A DNA stretch of 61,988 bases, counting the filler, from Chthonomonadaceae bacterium (lineage in GTDB: Bacteria; Armatimonadota; Chthonomonadetes; Chthonomonadales; Chthonomonadaceae): NCBI GenBank assembly GCA_035650735.1. It is 4 parts of 4 records of this genome, joined end to end, with 100 filler letters (N's around TTAATTAATTAA, not from the genome) between each part and the next. Parts side by side here need not be neighbours in the genome. Positions count along the whole stretch, not along the records: positions 1 to 31,705 come from DASRGZ010000199.1; 3 more parts are not named here. One strand, written 5' to 3'. The notes below the pieces were generated by a model that was not told where the DNA came from, searched no databases, and saw only the letters and a list, made by a program, of their open reading frames with translations. A program made the translations under genes and the position numbers. Each line of letters opens with the position of its first letter. Position 1 is the stretch's first letter. This document shows positions 9,412 through 19,540 of the stretch, in pieces.

Positions 9412-10620
9412 GTGAAGATTGTGGATGTGCGCGCAACACCCGTCTATGTCCCCATGCACCATCCCCTGCGGTGGTCCTTCGGAATCGAGCTGGGCACGAC
9501 GCGAACCCTGGTCGAACTGATCACCGACGGCGGGGTGATCGGCCTGGGGGAGACCAAAGGCGGGCAGAGCGTAGCCGACGCGGTGATCCAGAGCAAGCCG
9601 CTCTATATCGGCCTGGACCCGCTGGAAGTGAGTCGCATTGCCAAGCGTTTCGGCATCTACCGCGTCACCAGTGAGCAGCTAGATCGCGTCGCCCAGCTCA
9701 AGCTGGCCGGAGCGGCTATCGAGATGGCCTGCTGGGACATCGTGGGCAAGAGCATGGGCAAGCGCTGCGGCGACCTGTGGGGCGGAATTGACAGGGAGAA
9801 CGTTGAGTTTGCCGCCTACGTCTTCTATCGCTATCGGTCTGTGGAGGAGGAGGGCGGCTACAGCGACCCTCAGTTTGTTGCCGACTACGCGCGCGAGCTG
9901 ATGGAGACGCACGGCTTTCGGGATGTTAAGCTCAAAAACGGCGTCCTCGACCCCGCCAGAGAGATCGAGACCGTGCGGCGCATCCGGGAGACGGGAGGCA
10001 ACCGCCTGCGGAACCTGCGCGTGGACCCCAATCAGGTCTGGTCGGTGGAGACGAGCATACGCACGCTGCGCGCCCTCGATCCCTACGATGTCGAATTCTG
10101 CGAGGACCCCACCTGGGGCATAGAGGGCATGAGCCTGGTGCGGCAGGACACCCACATTCCGCTCGCCACGAATATGTGCTGCATTAGCTTCGACCAGATC
10201 CCGCTGGTCGTGCGGACGCGGGCGCTGGACATTATCCTGGGCGATATGCATTTCTGGGGAGGTCCGACCGCTCTCGTGCAGCTTGCCAAAGTGTGCGAGA
10301 CCTTCAATCTGGGAATGAGCCTGCACAGCGACCGCGAACTGGGCGTCTCGACCGCCGCGATTGTGCATCTGGCCGCCTCGCAGCCGATGGTCAGCCATGC
10401 TATCGACTCGCACCTTCCGGAGCAGGCCGACGACGTGATCACCCAGCCCTTCCAATTCCGCAACGGCTGTTTGCCGGTGCCCGAAGGGCCGGGACTGGGC
10501 GTGGAACTGGACCGGGAGCAGGTCGAGCGCTACCATCGGCTCTATCTCGAACGCGGCGATGAAGAGGAGTTTGCGGACCAGGCGCGCTCGCAATGGTGGC
10601 CGCGCCTGCCGCTCTGGTAG
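9412..10620 (+). CDS. Glucarate dehydratase-like enolase superfamily protein
   Basis: IEMACWDIVGK, FAAYVFYR, KLKNG, RVDPN, CEDP, LATNMC, MSLHS; GTG start after AAGGAG. Confidence 0.88.
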   Translation: MKIVDVRATPVYVPMHHPLRWSFGIELGTTRTLVELITDGGVIGLGETKGGQSVADAVIQSKPLYIGLDPLEVSRIAKRFGIYRVTSEQLDRVAQLKLAGAAIEMACWDIVGKSMGKRCGDLWGGIDRENVEFAAYVFYRYRSVEEEGGYSDPQFVADYARELMETHGFRDVKLKNGVLDPAREIETVRRIRETGGNRLRNLRVDPNQVWSVETSIRTLRALDPYDVEFCEDPTWGIEGMSLVRQDTHIPLATNMCCISFDQIPLVVRTRALDIILGDMHFWGGPTALVQLAKVCETFNLGMSLHSDRELGVSTAAIVHLAASQPMVSHAIDSHLPEQADDVITQPFQFRNGCLPVPEGPGLGVELDREQVERYHRLYLERGDEEEFADQARSQWWPRLPLW

Positions 10621-10726
10621 TGCCAGGGCTTTTTCCCTGTGGCCCGCACCCCCTGTCCCCCTTTCCCACGCTGCGGGAGAGGGGGAACCGAGAAGCTTAG
10701 CCTCTTCCCCTCCCCTGTTGTTGGGG

Positions 10727-10893
10727 ATCGCTAGGCGAGGGGTGTCGCCAGGCGGAGGGGTGTGGCAAGGCAGAGCCGTGTCGCAAGGTGTCGCAAGGCG
10801 GAGGCAAGGGCCGTAACCTTGCCGACCCTAGCAGTGGCCCGAACCATGGCAGCCCCGACCCTTGCAGTCCATTGTAGCCCCGACCCTGGCAGT
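10727..10893 (+). repeat. Modular L-hairpin-R repeat stack inside REP (copy B, largest)
   Basis: About five GTCGCAAGGCGGAG-like and three GACCCTDGCAGT modules. Confidence 0.75.
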
Positions 10894-10994
10894 GGGATAA
10901 AGGGGTGGGGGCCAGAACAGGTAGTTCTATTGATATTGATATAATTGATATAGTGGAGGAAAACGCATTGGCGAACAAGGCAAGGGAGAGAGCG

Positions 10995-12491
10995 ATGCGG
11001 ATCGCCATCGGAGAGTTCAAACAGGAGAGCAACACCTTCGCCCCGGTGCCGACCACACGGGAGCATTTCCGGGATTTCCACCTCTGGTACGGCCGGGAGG
11101 CCATCGCCAACCTGCGGGACACCAATACCGAGGTTGCGGGCTTTCTGGATGTTTGTGAGGCGATAGGCTATACCCCCGTGCCCACCCTGGCCGGTTTCGC
11201 CATCTCCGGCGCGCCGCTCACCGCCGAAACCTATCGGACGCTGCGCGCAGAGCTGCTTGAGCGCCTGGCCGCTGCCCGTCCCTTTGATGCCGTACTACTT
11301 GCCCTGCACGGTGCGATGGTGGCGGCGGGGGAAGACGATCCCGATGGCGCGACGCTCCAGGCCGTGCGGGAGCTGATCGGCCCCGATATTCCTCTAGTCG
11401 CCAGCATGGACCTGCATGCCAACCTGACCCGCCGCTGCGTCGAGGCCGCCGACGCCATCGTAGGCTTTCGCACCAGCCCGCACGTTGACCTGCGTGAGAC
11501 CGGCCAGCGCGCGGCCCGCCTGCTGGCGCGCTGGCTCTCCGGCGAGGTGAGGCCGACGATGGCCTTTGTCAAAGTGCCCATGGTGGTTCCGGCTTCCACG
11601 CACGTTCACTTCCTTGATGGCCCCTTCAAGCGGCTGATGGAGGCCACGCAGGCTGTGGAGGCGGAAGGCGCGCTTTCCGCCAGCGCGTTTACCGTGCAGC
11701 CCTGGCTGGATATTCCGGAGATGGGCTTTGCTACGGTAGCTATCACCGACAACGATCCGGAACGGGCGGAGGCGTTTGCCCGCCGCCTGGCGAGGCTGGC
11801 CTGGGCCGAACGTCATGCCTTCCTGAATATAGACCTGGCGCCGCCGGATCAGGCCATTCAGCAGGCGCTCGCAAGCCCTGCCGGGCCGGTGATTCTGGCG
11901 GATCTGGCCGACGGTCCCGCCGCAGGCTCTCCCGGCGACGGCACGGCCATGATCGCGGCCCTGCTCGCCGCCGATCCGCCCCAAACGGCCCTGGTGTTTG
12001 TTTGCGACCCGGAAGTTGCTGCTCTGGCCGCCGAGATCGGCGTTGGCGGGTCCATAGATACCCTTGTGGGTGGGAAACGAGATAACGTCTATAACAAGCC
12101 CGTGCGCTTCACCGGCACGGTTACCTTTGCCGGGCCGGCCAGCTACCGCTTCGGCGGGCAGGGCTACACGGGCATCGGCATGGATATGGGCTTGAGCGCG
12201 GTCCTGCGGCGGGGCAACGTGCATCTCCTGGTAACCAGCAAGCCGGTGATGACCTCCGATCCGGCGTTGTATCGGGCAGTCGGACTGGAGCCGGCGGCGG
12301 CGCGCATCGTCGTTGTCAAATCCCACATTCAGTTCCGGGCCGGCTACGCCGATATCGCGCGTCGAATCCTGCTGCTGGATACGCCGGGCATGAGCACCGA
12401 TCACCTGACACGCCTGGATTTTCGCCGGGTGGATCGCCCGCTGTTCCCGTTAGATACGGATTTTGAGTGGACCGGCCCATCCAACCGATAG
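10995..12491 (+). CDS. MlrC-family M81 metallopeptidase
   Basis: QESNTF, LALHGAM, DLHAN, PHVD, VVKS..FRA motifs. Confidence 0.92.
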   Translation: MRIAIGEFKQESNTFAPVPTTREHFRDFHLWYGREAIANLRDTNTEVAGFLDVCEAIGYTPVPTLAGFAISGAPLTAETYRTLRAELLERLAAARPFDAVLLALHGAMVAAGEDDPDGATLQAVRELIGPDIPLVASMDLHANLTRRCVEAADAIVGFRTSPHVDLRETGQRAARLLARWLSGEVRPTMAFVKVPMVVPASTHVHFLDGPFKRLMEATQAVEAEGALSASAFTVQPWLDIPEMGFATVAITDNDPERAEAFARRLARLAWAERHAFLNIDLAPPDQAIQQALASPAGPVILADLADGPAAGSPGDGTAMIAALLAADPPQTALVFVCDPEVAALAAEIGVGGSIDTLVGGKRDNVYNKPVRFTGTVTFAGPASYRFGGQGYTGIGMDMGLSAVLRRGNVHLLVTSKPVMTSDPALYRAVGLEPAAARIVVVKSHIQFRAGYADIARRILLLDTPGMSTDHLTRLDFRRVDRPLFPLDTDFEWTGPSNR

Positions 12492-12518
12492 AGTTGGAAT
12501 TATGGCAAAGGAGCGCAG

Positions 12519-13289
12519 ATGGCACTGACACCGGAACAGATCCACCGCTTTCACGAGGATGGGTTCCTCATCTATGGGCCTATTCTCACCCCGGAGGAAT
12601 TGGAGGCGCTGCGAGAGCGCATTGATGCGCTGGCCTCCGGCGAAGGGGCGGAAGCGGAGAAGGTGGGCATCCGCCTGGAGGCAGAAGCCCTGCGCGGCGG
12701 GCTGCAGAATGTCGTGCGCCGGGATAAGGTCTGGCAGATCATGGGGGCCACGCAGCACGACCCAATTATCGCGCAGTATGCCTCCAGCGATAAGGTCCTC
12801 GCTATTGTAGCGGAGCTATTGGGGACCGAGGACATCAAGCTATTTTCCGATCAGACCCTGATGAAGCCGGCCTATCATGGCTCACCCGTCTCGTGGCACC
12901 AGGACAGCGGCTACTGGACTCAGATCACGCCGCCCGCCCTGGTGACCTGCTGGACCGCGCTCGATGCGGCCACGGAAGCAAACGGCTGCGTGCGCATGGT
13001 ACCCGGATCGCATAAGCTTGGCGTTCTCCCGCACGAGCGCAAGGAGGATGGCTTCCTCCATGCACAGGGCATAGACGTGACGCAAGCCGTGCCGGTGGTG
13101 CTGCCTGCCGGTGGGTGCAGCTTTCACCATAGCTGTACCGTGCATGGCAGTGGCCCCAACAACACGCCCTACCGGCGGCGTGGACTGGCTATCACCTATA
13201 TGCGCGCCGACTCAAAATGGGTTGGCGACCCGGCCAGCAAGCCGCATTTCCGTCTGCTGCGTGGCCAAGAGCATGAGGGATGCGTGTGA
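12519..13289 (+). CDS. Phytanoyl-CoA dioxygenase family protein
   Basis: LTPEQIHRFHEDGF, WHQD, NGCVRMVPGSH, HGSGPN. Confidence 0.9.
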   Translation: MALTPEQIHRFHEDGFLIYGPILTPEELEALRERIDALASGEGAEAEKVGIRLEAEALRGGLQNVVRRDKVWQIMGATQHDPIIAQYASSDKVLAIVAELLGTEDIKLFSDQTLMKPAYHGSPVSWHQDSGYWTQITPPALVTCWTALDAATEANGCVRMVPGSHKLGVLPHERKEDGFLHAQGIDVTQAVPVVLPAGGCSFHHSCTVHGSGPNNTPYRRRGLAITYMRADSKWVGDPASKPHFRLLRGQEHEGCV

Positions 13290-13315
13290 CAACCCCACCG
13301 GGGAGGGGAAGCTCT

Positions 13316-13470
13316 GCCCGGCCCTAAAGGACCGGGCTGTAGGCGGCAAGCCCGCTAAAGCGGGCTAAGAGAGGTTGGATGCCTTTACCCTTAATAGGAA
13401 CCGCTCCACCTTACGCAGCCCCATTTATGGGGCTTGCCGTCCGCAGCCCATCCCTTCAGGGGTGGGCTGC
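13316..13470. repeat. REP/REPIN-like palindrome cluster between convergent genes
   Basis: GCCCGGCCCTAAAGGACCGGGC, AGCCCGCTAAAGCGGGCT, AGCCCCATTTATGGGGCT, GCCCATCCCTTCAGGGGTGGGC. Confidence 0.7.
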
Positions 13471-13501
13471 CAGGCAGCACACGGCTCAAACAGAAGGGCG
13501 C

Positions 13502-16045
13502 TCAATCATCCGCATCGCGGGCGGCGTGCATGGCGTGCAGGCGACCGTCCGGGGTGGCGAGGGCGCTACGGACAGGCGGCGGCATGGGCACATTGCGCCC
13601 CTTGATGCTGTGCCAGAGGATGCGGTTGAGCGCGGCCTCGTCTATGCGGTCGTACCCGCTCCAGTCCATGCGCGACGATTCGGCGGTGCCATAGGCGGTG
13701 GCCGTGTTCTTAACGTTCAGGTCAATGCGCGGGCCGAGCAGATTGTAGGGCCTCAGGTCGGGCGTATCCATGAAGCAGGCGAACATGGGCGTGGCGGCGG
13801 CATCGTACTGCGAGAGCGGCGGCAGTCCCAGGATGAGCTCCATCGTGCGCAGCATGGAAGCGGTGGAATACATCGTGCTGTCCACCGTGCCGCGCCGCGC
13901 GTAGGGGCTGATGACCAGCCCGACGGTACGGTGCGCGTCTATATGATCCGGCCCATTCTGCGCATCGTCCTGAATCACGAAAATGGCGAACTCTTTCCAG
14001 ACGCCGCTGTGCGAAATGGCGTCCACAATCTTGCCGAGCGCCTGATCGTTGGAGCCGACGGAGGCTTTCGGGGTGTAGGCGCCGGGCCGTGTTCCCTGCG
14101 TATGATCCTCGCCGAGCGACATGATCATAAAGCGCGGAATCTGCTTTTTACGCTCGAACTCCTTGAACTCCTCAATAAAGACGTCCGCCTTCTCCGTATC
14201 GCGCATTCTAGGCGCGTCTTTCGGCCTGCCGATGCCCACGTACTTCGCGCTGCCGTGCCCCTTCAGACCGGTTATGCCCTCTACCTTCTGCTCCGGAGCC
14301 GCCGCGCTGGAAGTGACGTAGACGTACTCGCCATAGGAGCGATAGCTTAAGCCCTTGCGGCGGCAGGCGTCCCAGAGATACCCGGCGCGCGGCACTTCCA
14401 CGCTGTCGCTGTAGGCGGTGCTGCCGTGCCCGGAGTAGGAGAGAACCCAGGACCGCTCGACAAAATCGGGGGCGTAGGCGGAAGTGCTCCAGGGATGGCC
14501 GTCCGCCGAGACCTCGCCATTACAGTAGAGGTTATCCAGCAGCACGAACTGTTCGGCCAGCGCGTGATGGTTGGGCGTCACGTCGCGCCCGAACAGGCAG
14601 AGATTGGGGTCGCCGTTGCCCTGTGGCATATCGCCGAACACCTGGTCATAGGTGCGGTTCTCCTTGATGATGTAGAGAATGTACTTGATGGGCGACGGCT
14701 CACCGACGCGCGTAGGAATGGCCGTTTTGCGGTCGTTGGCGACCTCGCCAAGCTGCGCGTCTTTGTAGGGCGTGTTGGCGTAGACCTGGCGCGTGTAGTT
14801 GGCAAGCTGCTCGTCCGTCGGGGCGTCCACGAAGGAGAGCAGTCCGTTCAACTGCGTGCCGATATACTGGAAATCTTTGGGCACGACGGGGTCAATCGGC
14901 GTTTTGGCCGGATTGGGGCGCGTGCCCGTGCCTTTGCCGCTGCCGATGACGACCTTCCTGCCGTCCGGGCTGACCAGCACGGCGCTGGGATACCATCCGG
15001 TCGGGATAAAGCCGCGCACCCGGCTTTTGCCGCGCTCGGAGATGTCCACCACGCACACATCGTTGTTATCGGCGTTGGCGACATAGAGCGTCTTGTTGTC
15101 GGCGGTGACGGCCAGGGCGTTCGGCGTGCTGCCGGAGGGCGCTCTGGGGGTCAGCGTCATCTTGATCGTTTCGAGCGGCTTGCGGGCGCGCGTATCGTAG
15201 ACGGTCACGGCGTCGGCGTTGCCGCAGGAGACAAAGAGGCGGTCGTCTCCGGTAAGCGCCAGGTCGTTGGGATGGTCGCCGGTAGGCAGGTGCGCGAGCA
15301 GGGTGGGGCGATCCGCCTGGCTGACATCGAGCAGCAGCACTTCGGCGCTGCCCCAACTGGCGACATAGAGCCGCGTGCCGTCGGCGGAGAGGCGGCACGC
15401 GATGGGATGGTCACCGACCGGAAGATGCGCGCGGGTCGCGCCGCTCGCGGTATCCAGCACATAGAGCTGGTTGTCGGAGTTGTTCAGCGCAAAGAGCGTG
15501 CTTCGATCCGGGGAGAGGGCCAGGCCGGCAATGCAGGTCTTCTCTTTGTCATTGCCGGTCAGCTTCAAGCCCTTGGCCTGCGTCCACTTGCCGTCGTCGC
15601 CCTTCTCGAACACGTAGATGTCGTTGTCGGGATTGGAGATGCCGCCGGAGACATAGAGCCGCCGTCCCTCCGGCGACCAGGCGATGCCGTTCCAGGCGCG
15701 CTTCAGGGGCAGCGCGGCGATCTCTTTCTCGCCTGCGATGTCCACAAGGTGAAGCGCATGGTCATTGAAGCCGCAGTTGGTAATGGCGAGGGTCGTCCCA
15801 TCCGGGCTGATGGCGCCGCCCAGGAGCATATCGCCCATCGGGATAGGACGCCCGGCAGGATGGATGTGCCAGCCATTGAAGAGGAGGGTGGCGTCTCCGT
15901 CCTGGCCGGGAACGGTCAAAGGCGCACCGGTTTTCGGATGCAGCGTCCGCGCCCGCCGCACCAGCGGAGACAGACCCGCCGCCCCGAACCCGGCCAGGAG
16001 AACGCTGGCTCCCGCCAGAAAGATAAGCCCTTTGCGCATGTGCAT
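13502..16045 (-). CDS. Secreted YVTN/YncE beta-propeller plus phosphoesterase (alkaline phosphatase-like) protein
   Basis: Signal peptide, repeated VGDHP/TGWYP blades, IIKENRTYDQVFGD, SADGH, DDAQNGPDH motifs; exact start uncertain. Confidence 0.9.
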   Translation of the reverse strand: MHMRKGLIFLAGASVLLAGFGAAGLSPLVRRARTLHPKTGAPLTVPGQDGDATLLFNGWHIHPAGRPIPMGDMLLGGAISPDGTTLAITNCGFNDHALHLVDIAGEKEIAALPLKRAWNGIAWSPEGRRLYVSGGISNPDNDIYVFEKGDDGKWTQAKGLKLTGNDKEKTCIAGLALSPDRSTLFALNNSDNQLYVLDTASGATRAHLPVGDHPIACRLSADGTRLYVASWGSAEVLLLDVSQADRPTLLAHLPTGDHPNDLALTGDDRLFVSCGNADAVTVYDTRARKPLETIKMTLTPRAPSGSTPNALAVTADNKTLYVANADNNDVCVVDISERGKSRVRGFIPTGWYPSAVLVSPDGRKVVIGSGKGTGTRPNPAKTPIDPVVPKDFQYIGTQLNGLLSFVDAPTDEQLANYTRQVYANTPYKDAQLGEVANDRKTAIPTRVGEPSPIKYILYIIKENRTYDQVFGDMPQGNGDPNLCLFGRDVTPNHHALAEQFVLLDNLYCNGEVSADGHPWSTSAYAPDFVERSWVLSYSGHGSTAYSDSVEVPRAGYLWDACRRKGLSYRSYGEYVYVTSSAAAPEQKVEGITGLKGHGSAKYVGIGRPKDAPRMRDTEKADVFIEEFKEFERKKQIPRFMIMSLGEDHTQGTRPGAYTPKASVGSNDQALGKIVDAISHSGVWKEFAIFVIQDDAQNGPDHIDAHRTVGLVISPYARRGTVDSTMYSTASMLRTMELILGLPPLSQYDAAATPMFACFMDTPDLRPYNLLGPRIDLNVKNTATAYGTAESSRMDWSGYDRIDEAALNRILWHSIKGRNVPMPPPVRSALATPDGRLHAMHAARDADD

Positions 16046-16165
16046 TTCGTTACCCCTTTCCACACAAACCAAGCGAAGAACACCCTGCTCCTTTGGAGGC
16101 GGCCCTTCTAATAGATGAGCCTGTTAAACCTAGTACAAAGCCCTGGAGTGAACCCCCCCGATCCT

Positions 16166-16390
16166 TGCCGGGCATTGAAAATACCCGGCTAGAGGGCGGC
16201 TGCGCCGCCAACCGTCCTTCGGATGGGAAAACGGGCCTATCGGCAGGTGGCTGCCTTCGTAGAGCGGGAAGAACCTGCCGCAACGGGGGCGTCCGCTAGT
16301 CGCAAGGCCGAGCCGCGAACCGTTGAGCGGCGTCCCTTGCAGTCGCTTGGCCGTAGGCCCTAGAGCCGGGTACTTTCCGTGCCCGGCTAG
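16166..16390. repeat. REPIN-like element containing a single 45-bp modular unit (16299-16343)
   Basis: Outer GCCGGGCA..TACCCGGC palindromes; shares CCAACCGTCC and GCGTCCG segments with 20887-21025. Confidence 0.65.
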
Positions 16391-16457
16391 GGCAGGGTGC
16401 GACTTTAGAAGCGACCCTATCCGAGAGAAAATCCCATCCGTGCCTCTACGCGGTGAG

Positions 16458-17102
16458 TTAACTCTGCGCGGTATCTTGCGGGGGCGGGAGCAGGTCGGCC
16501 ACACGGATGACAGCGTGCGGCGCGGCGAGTGGCGTGATGGTCTCATGCTCCTTATGCAAGGTAAAACTTTGATAGCCGAAGTGAGAGGGTTCATCGGGAA
16601 ACGGTCCGGGGCTTCGATAGACTTCGACCGCGCGCTCCCAGAGGTTGACAATCCAGTAATCGGCGATGCCGGCCTCTGCATAGAGGGAAGCCTTTGTTTG
16701 CTGGTCATAGTGGAGGGTGGTATCGGAAACCTCCACGAGTAACCTGGTGTCCGCCTGAGTGGGGTGCTGGGGATAGTCTCGCCAGGAACCCGGCACGACG
16801 AGTATATCCGGCTCCGGCTCTCCGTCGGCGGCGAGAACGAGAGGCAACTGCTGGCGTATATCGAACCCTGGCCCAAAGGCTGTCTCAAGGGCTTCAGAGA
16901 CGGCGCGTACTCCCATCGCGTGCGGAGGACTCTGGGGCATTTTGCGATATATCTCTCCACGTATCAGTTCCAGCCGCGCATCAGGGCGGAATAAACCGAG
17001 TTCAGTGGCGCGGTGATACTCCTCGCGTGTCCAACGATAGAGGCATACACCGGTATCTAGGATTTGTGGCGCGGCCTGCTGAGGAACTTGAATAACACTC
17101 AT
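16458..17102 (-). CDS. Uma2/DUF820 family restriction endonuclease-like protein
   Basis: RWTREEYHR, LELIRGEI, PEPD, LLVEVSDTT, KASLYAEAGIADYWIVNL. Confidence 0.92.
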   Translation of the reverse strand: MSVIQVPQQAAPQILDTGVCLYRWTREEYHRATELGLFRPDARLELIRGEIYRKMPQSPPHAMGVRAVSEALETAFGPGFDIRQQLPLVLAADGEPEPDILVVPGSWRDYPQHPTQADTRLLVEVSDTTLHYDQQTKASLYAEAGIADYWIVNLWERAVEVYRSPGPFPDEPSHFGYQSFTLHKEHETITPLAAPHAVIRVADLLPPPQDTAQS

Positions 17103-17256
17103 TCCCCGTCTCCTTGCTGTCAACCGTTTTCTGCCATTATGGCAGACAATGCGTACCGGCACACGCTGTACGGCTAAATCCTACACAGTCGTGATGCGCC
17201 TCTTCCCGAATGGGTTATGGAATGGATCGCCACTTCCTCTTCTTCTCCCGGCAACC

Positions 17257-18081
17257 CTATCGCCATCGTCGGCGCAGCAGGGGAGTGACCGCTTCGTAGC
17301 CTTCTCGATCCGCCACTTCCTGTAATTGCTCTACTTGGGTTTGCCAATAGTCGCGCTCCCTTTCCAGGGCAGCCCGCGTCTCTGCGTCCAAATTTCCGAG
17401 CTGTTCCCGCCGCCAGAGTTCATGGCGGGCGCACCTGGCTCTAGTTTGCGCCAGGTGCAGGTCCGGTTCCTCCCTGAATCCAAATTTGTGATGTCATGCG
17501 ACGCTTGGGTCATTCGCAATGTCGTAGGCGCTGCGCAAAGTCGGCTCTCCTGCCGCATGCAAGGCATTCATCGCGGCGGAAACAAGCGCCGTTGCCAGGC
17601 CGCGCCGCTGCCAATGCGGACGAACGAACAGCATATCCAGATAGGGTCCATCATTATCACGGACAAGCAGCGCCGCGCCGATGACTTCTTCTCGGCCGGT
17701 AGCGGTCGCTGTCTCTACAGCCAGACGCGAAGCGGAATGTGTCTCCCCGCGCTGCCCCGCAAAAAATGTGGTAATGCACTTTGATGCCGATTCACGGATT
17801 TTGGCGTCCGGCCAGTCACAGTACTCGCAAGTATCGCGAAACGCCTCGTAAAAGGCGGCGATCAGGGCCGGAGCGTCCTCCGGTGTCACCTCGCGCAGAG
17901 GATAGGACGCATTCACAGGGCGCGGGCCAACAGAAATGGTAAGTGTTGCGGCAGTATTCCGTGGCTGAATGTGCGCCTCGCCATCAATATATTCGCGTTT
18001 CCATCCCGGCTTGAGGGGGAGCAGATGGTACTGTTCTATAGTCATGGGAATGTGCTGACTGCGCATCGTGCCGTACCTCAT
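17257..18081 (-). pseudogene. GNAT acetyltransferase with in-frame TGA at 17494-17496
   Basis: VRPHWQRRGLA motif; reading continues after stop as HHKFGFREEPD for 78 more codons to TAG at 17257. Confidence 0.75.
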
Positions 18082-18178
18082 TAGAAACCAACGCTCGCTT
18101 CAGTAAGAGAGACCGGAAGGGCTATAGAATGACTCCATCTCTGGTTCCCGAAAGTCAGGCATCAGAGGGAGCGATGCC

Positions 18179-19342
18179 TTATTCTTCGGACCTGGGCGCC
18201 TCCCAGGAATACGGCTTTGGCAGAGCGGCAAAGGCCAGCGCATCGAAGCGGCGCGGCGCGGGCTTGCCGAAGAACTGCCAGTCGGCGAAGTCAAGCAGCG
18301 TGGTCCAGTCCTCCGCGTTCTGCTCATGCTTGCCGGGGCGGAAAGCGATGCCGATCCGGTCGCCTGCGCCCAGAAAATCAAAAACCGCTTTGGCGGCCAG
18401 GTAGGTCTGCTGTGTGCCCTTGGGATTGGCCCAGAGGTCTCCCAGCGCCTCCGTAGAGAGCAGCGCGCGGGGCGCCACCAGCGCCTTGAGCGTGTGCTGA
18501 TCAAACGGCAGCCGGTCCACATGCCCGATGAAATCGGCGAAACGCGGATGAAACCAGAAGGGGAAGCTCTTGAGGATCGCGGCGATATCCTCGCTCTGCT
18601 CGCCCTGGAACCGATAGCAGCCCGCTCCGCCGCAGCCGGAATTGTTGGGCGCGGTCAGCGCGATTCGCGTGTCGGTGGCTCCCGCGAGCAGCGCCGCCTT
18701 GCCGCCGCGCGAGTGGCCGGTTACCGCGATCCGCGTGCGATCCACCGTCTCCAGCGTGACCAGGTAATCTATCACCCGATGGAATCCCCAGGCCCATGCA
18801 GCCAGGCGACCGCCCTCGTATTCGGGATAAGCTGCGTAGACGCCGCCCCGCTCGGCGCTGTCCGGGGCGATCTCTACCCGGCTGAACTCCGCCAGGATGT
18901 AGCCGCGCTTTACCACCGCCGCGACGATGGCCGGGTCCACCCGTCCCCAGCCCAGATCGCCCCGAACAATGACGGGAAACGGCCCTTTGCCGGGCGGGAG
19001 GGTGAGGATCAGATGCGTGCGCACCGAACCATCCGGCCCCATCGTCAGCAGGATCGTCCTTTCGGTGGTGTAGTTCGGCTCTACCTGCCGCTCCGTAACC
19101 TCCGTGCCGGTAACGTTAGAGGGAACGGGAGGGAGCGGGCCATACTCATAATGCAGTATCAGGTCCAGCAGAGCCTTGCGCTGTCGCTCCCACGCGCGCT
19201 TTGTGGTCACGCGCTTCCCGTCCGGCTGTAAGAACGGGTCCGGTAGCTGCGCAATCGCGGGCAAACGCTTTACGTCGGGGGGGAGGGATTGTTGCGACCG
19301 CACGGCGGCTCCAGGCGTGGGGGGGAAGGAAGGAACGGTCAT
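18179..19342 (-). CDS. CE15-like glucuronoyl esterase / alpha-beta hydrolase
   Basis: LPDPF, YEYG, AWAWG, GHSRGGK nucleophile, SGCGG, LPFDQH, LVAPR. Confidence 0.88.
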   Translation of the reverse strand: MTVPSFPPTPGAAVRSQQSLPPDVKRLPAIAQLPDPFLQPDGKRVTTKRAWERQRKALLDLILHYEYGPLPPVPSNVTGTEVTERQVEPNYTTERTILLTMGPDGSVRTHLILTLPPGKGPFPVIVRGDLGWGRVDPAIVAAVVKRGYILAEFSRVEIAPDSAERGGVYAAYPEYEGGRLAAWAWGFHRVIDYLVTLETVDRTRIAVTGHSRGGKAALLAGATDTRIALTAPNNSGCGGAGCYRFQGEQSEDIAAILKSFPFWFHPRFADFIGHVDRLPFDQHTLKALVAPRALLSTEALGDLWANPKGTQQTYLAAKAVFDFLGAGDRIGIAFRPGKHEQNAEDWTTLLDFADWQFFGKPAPRRFDALAFAALPKPYSWEAPRSEE

Positions 19343-19540
19343 GGCCTTGATCTCCTTTGTGCCTGTATTTAGGTAGGGCAGCGTCCCTCTGTTCGCCATC
19401 GGGGAAGAGGTCTCCTTTTTGCCGCGCCGCGCTGAAACTCTTTTCCGACCGGCAGGAATAACCCGGCAGATTGCTAAATAGTGAAAGCCAAGATAGAAAA
19501 GCAACTAAGTGCTTATTCGCGGAGACGGAGGAGGCGAGCC

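Noticed and set aside
10727..10893. CRISPR array
   Set aside because: Repeats are only 12-14 bp and degenerate, intervening pieces recur between loci rather than being unique spacers, and no cas genes are present
17494..17496. Selenocysteine or TGA=Trp recoding
   Set aside because: The position suits Trp in a GNAT motif, TGA terminates many intact genes here, and other broken genes use TAA or TAG
19433..19446. NrpR-like nitrogen operator TGAA-N6-TTCC upstream of gmaS
   Set aside because: Single imperfect match, too weak without a regulator or second site
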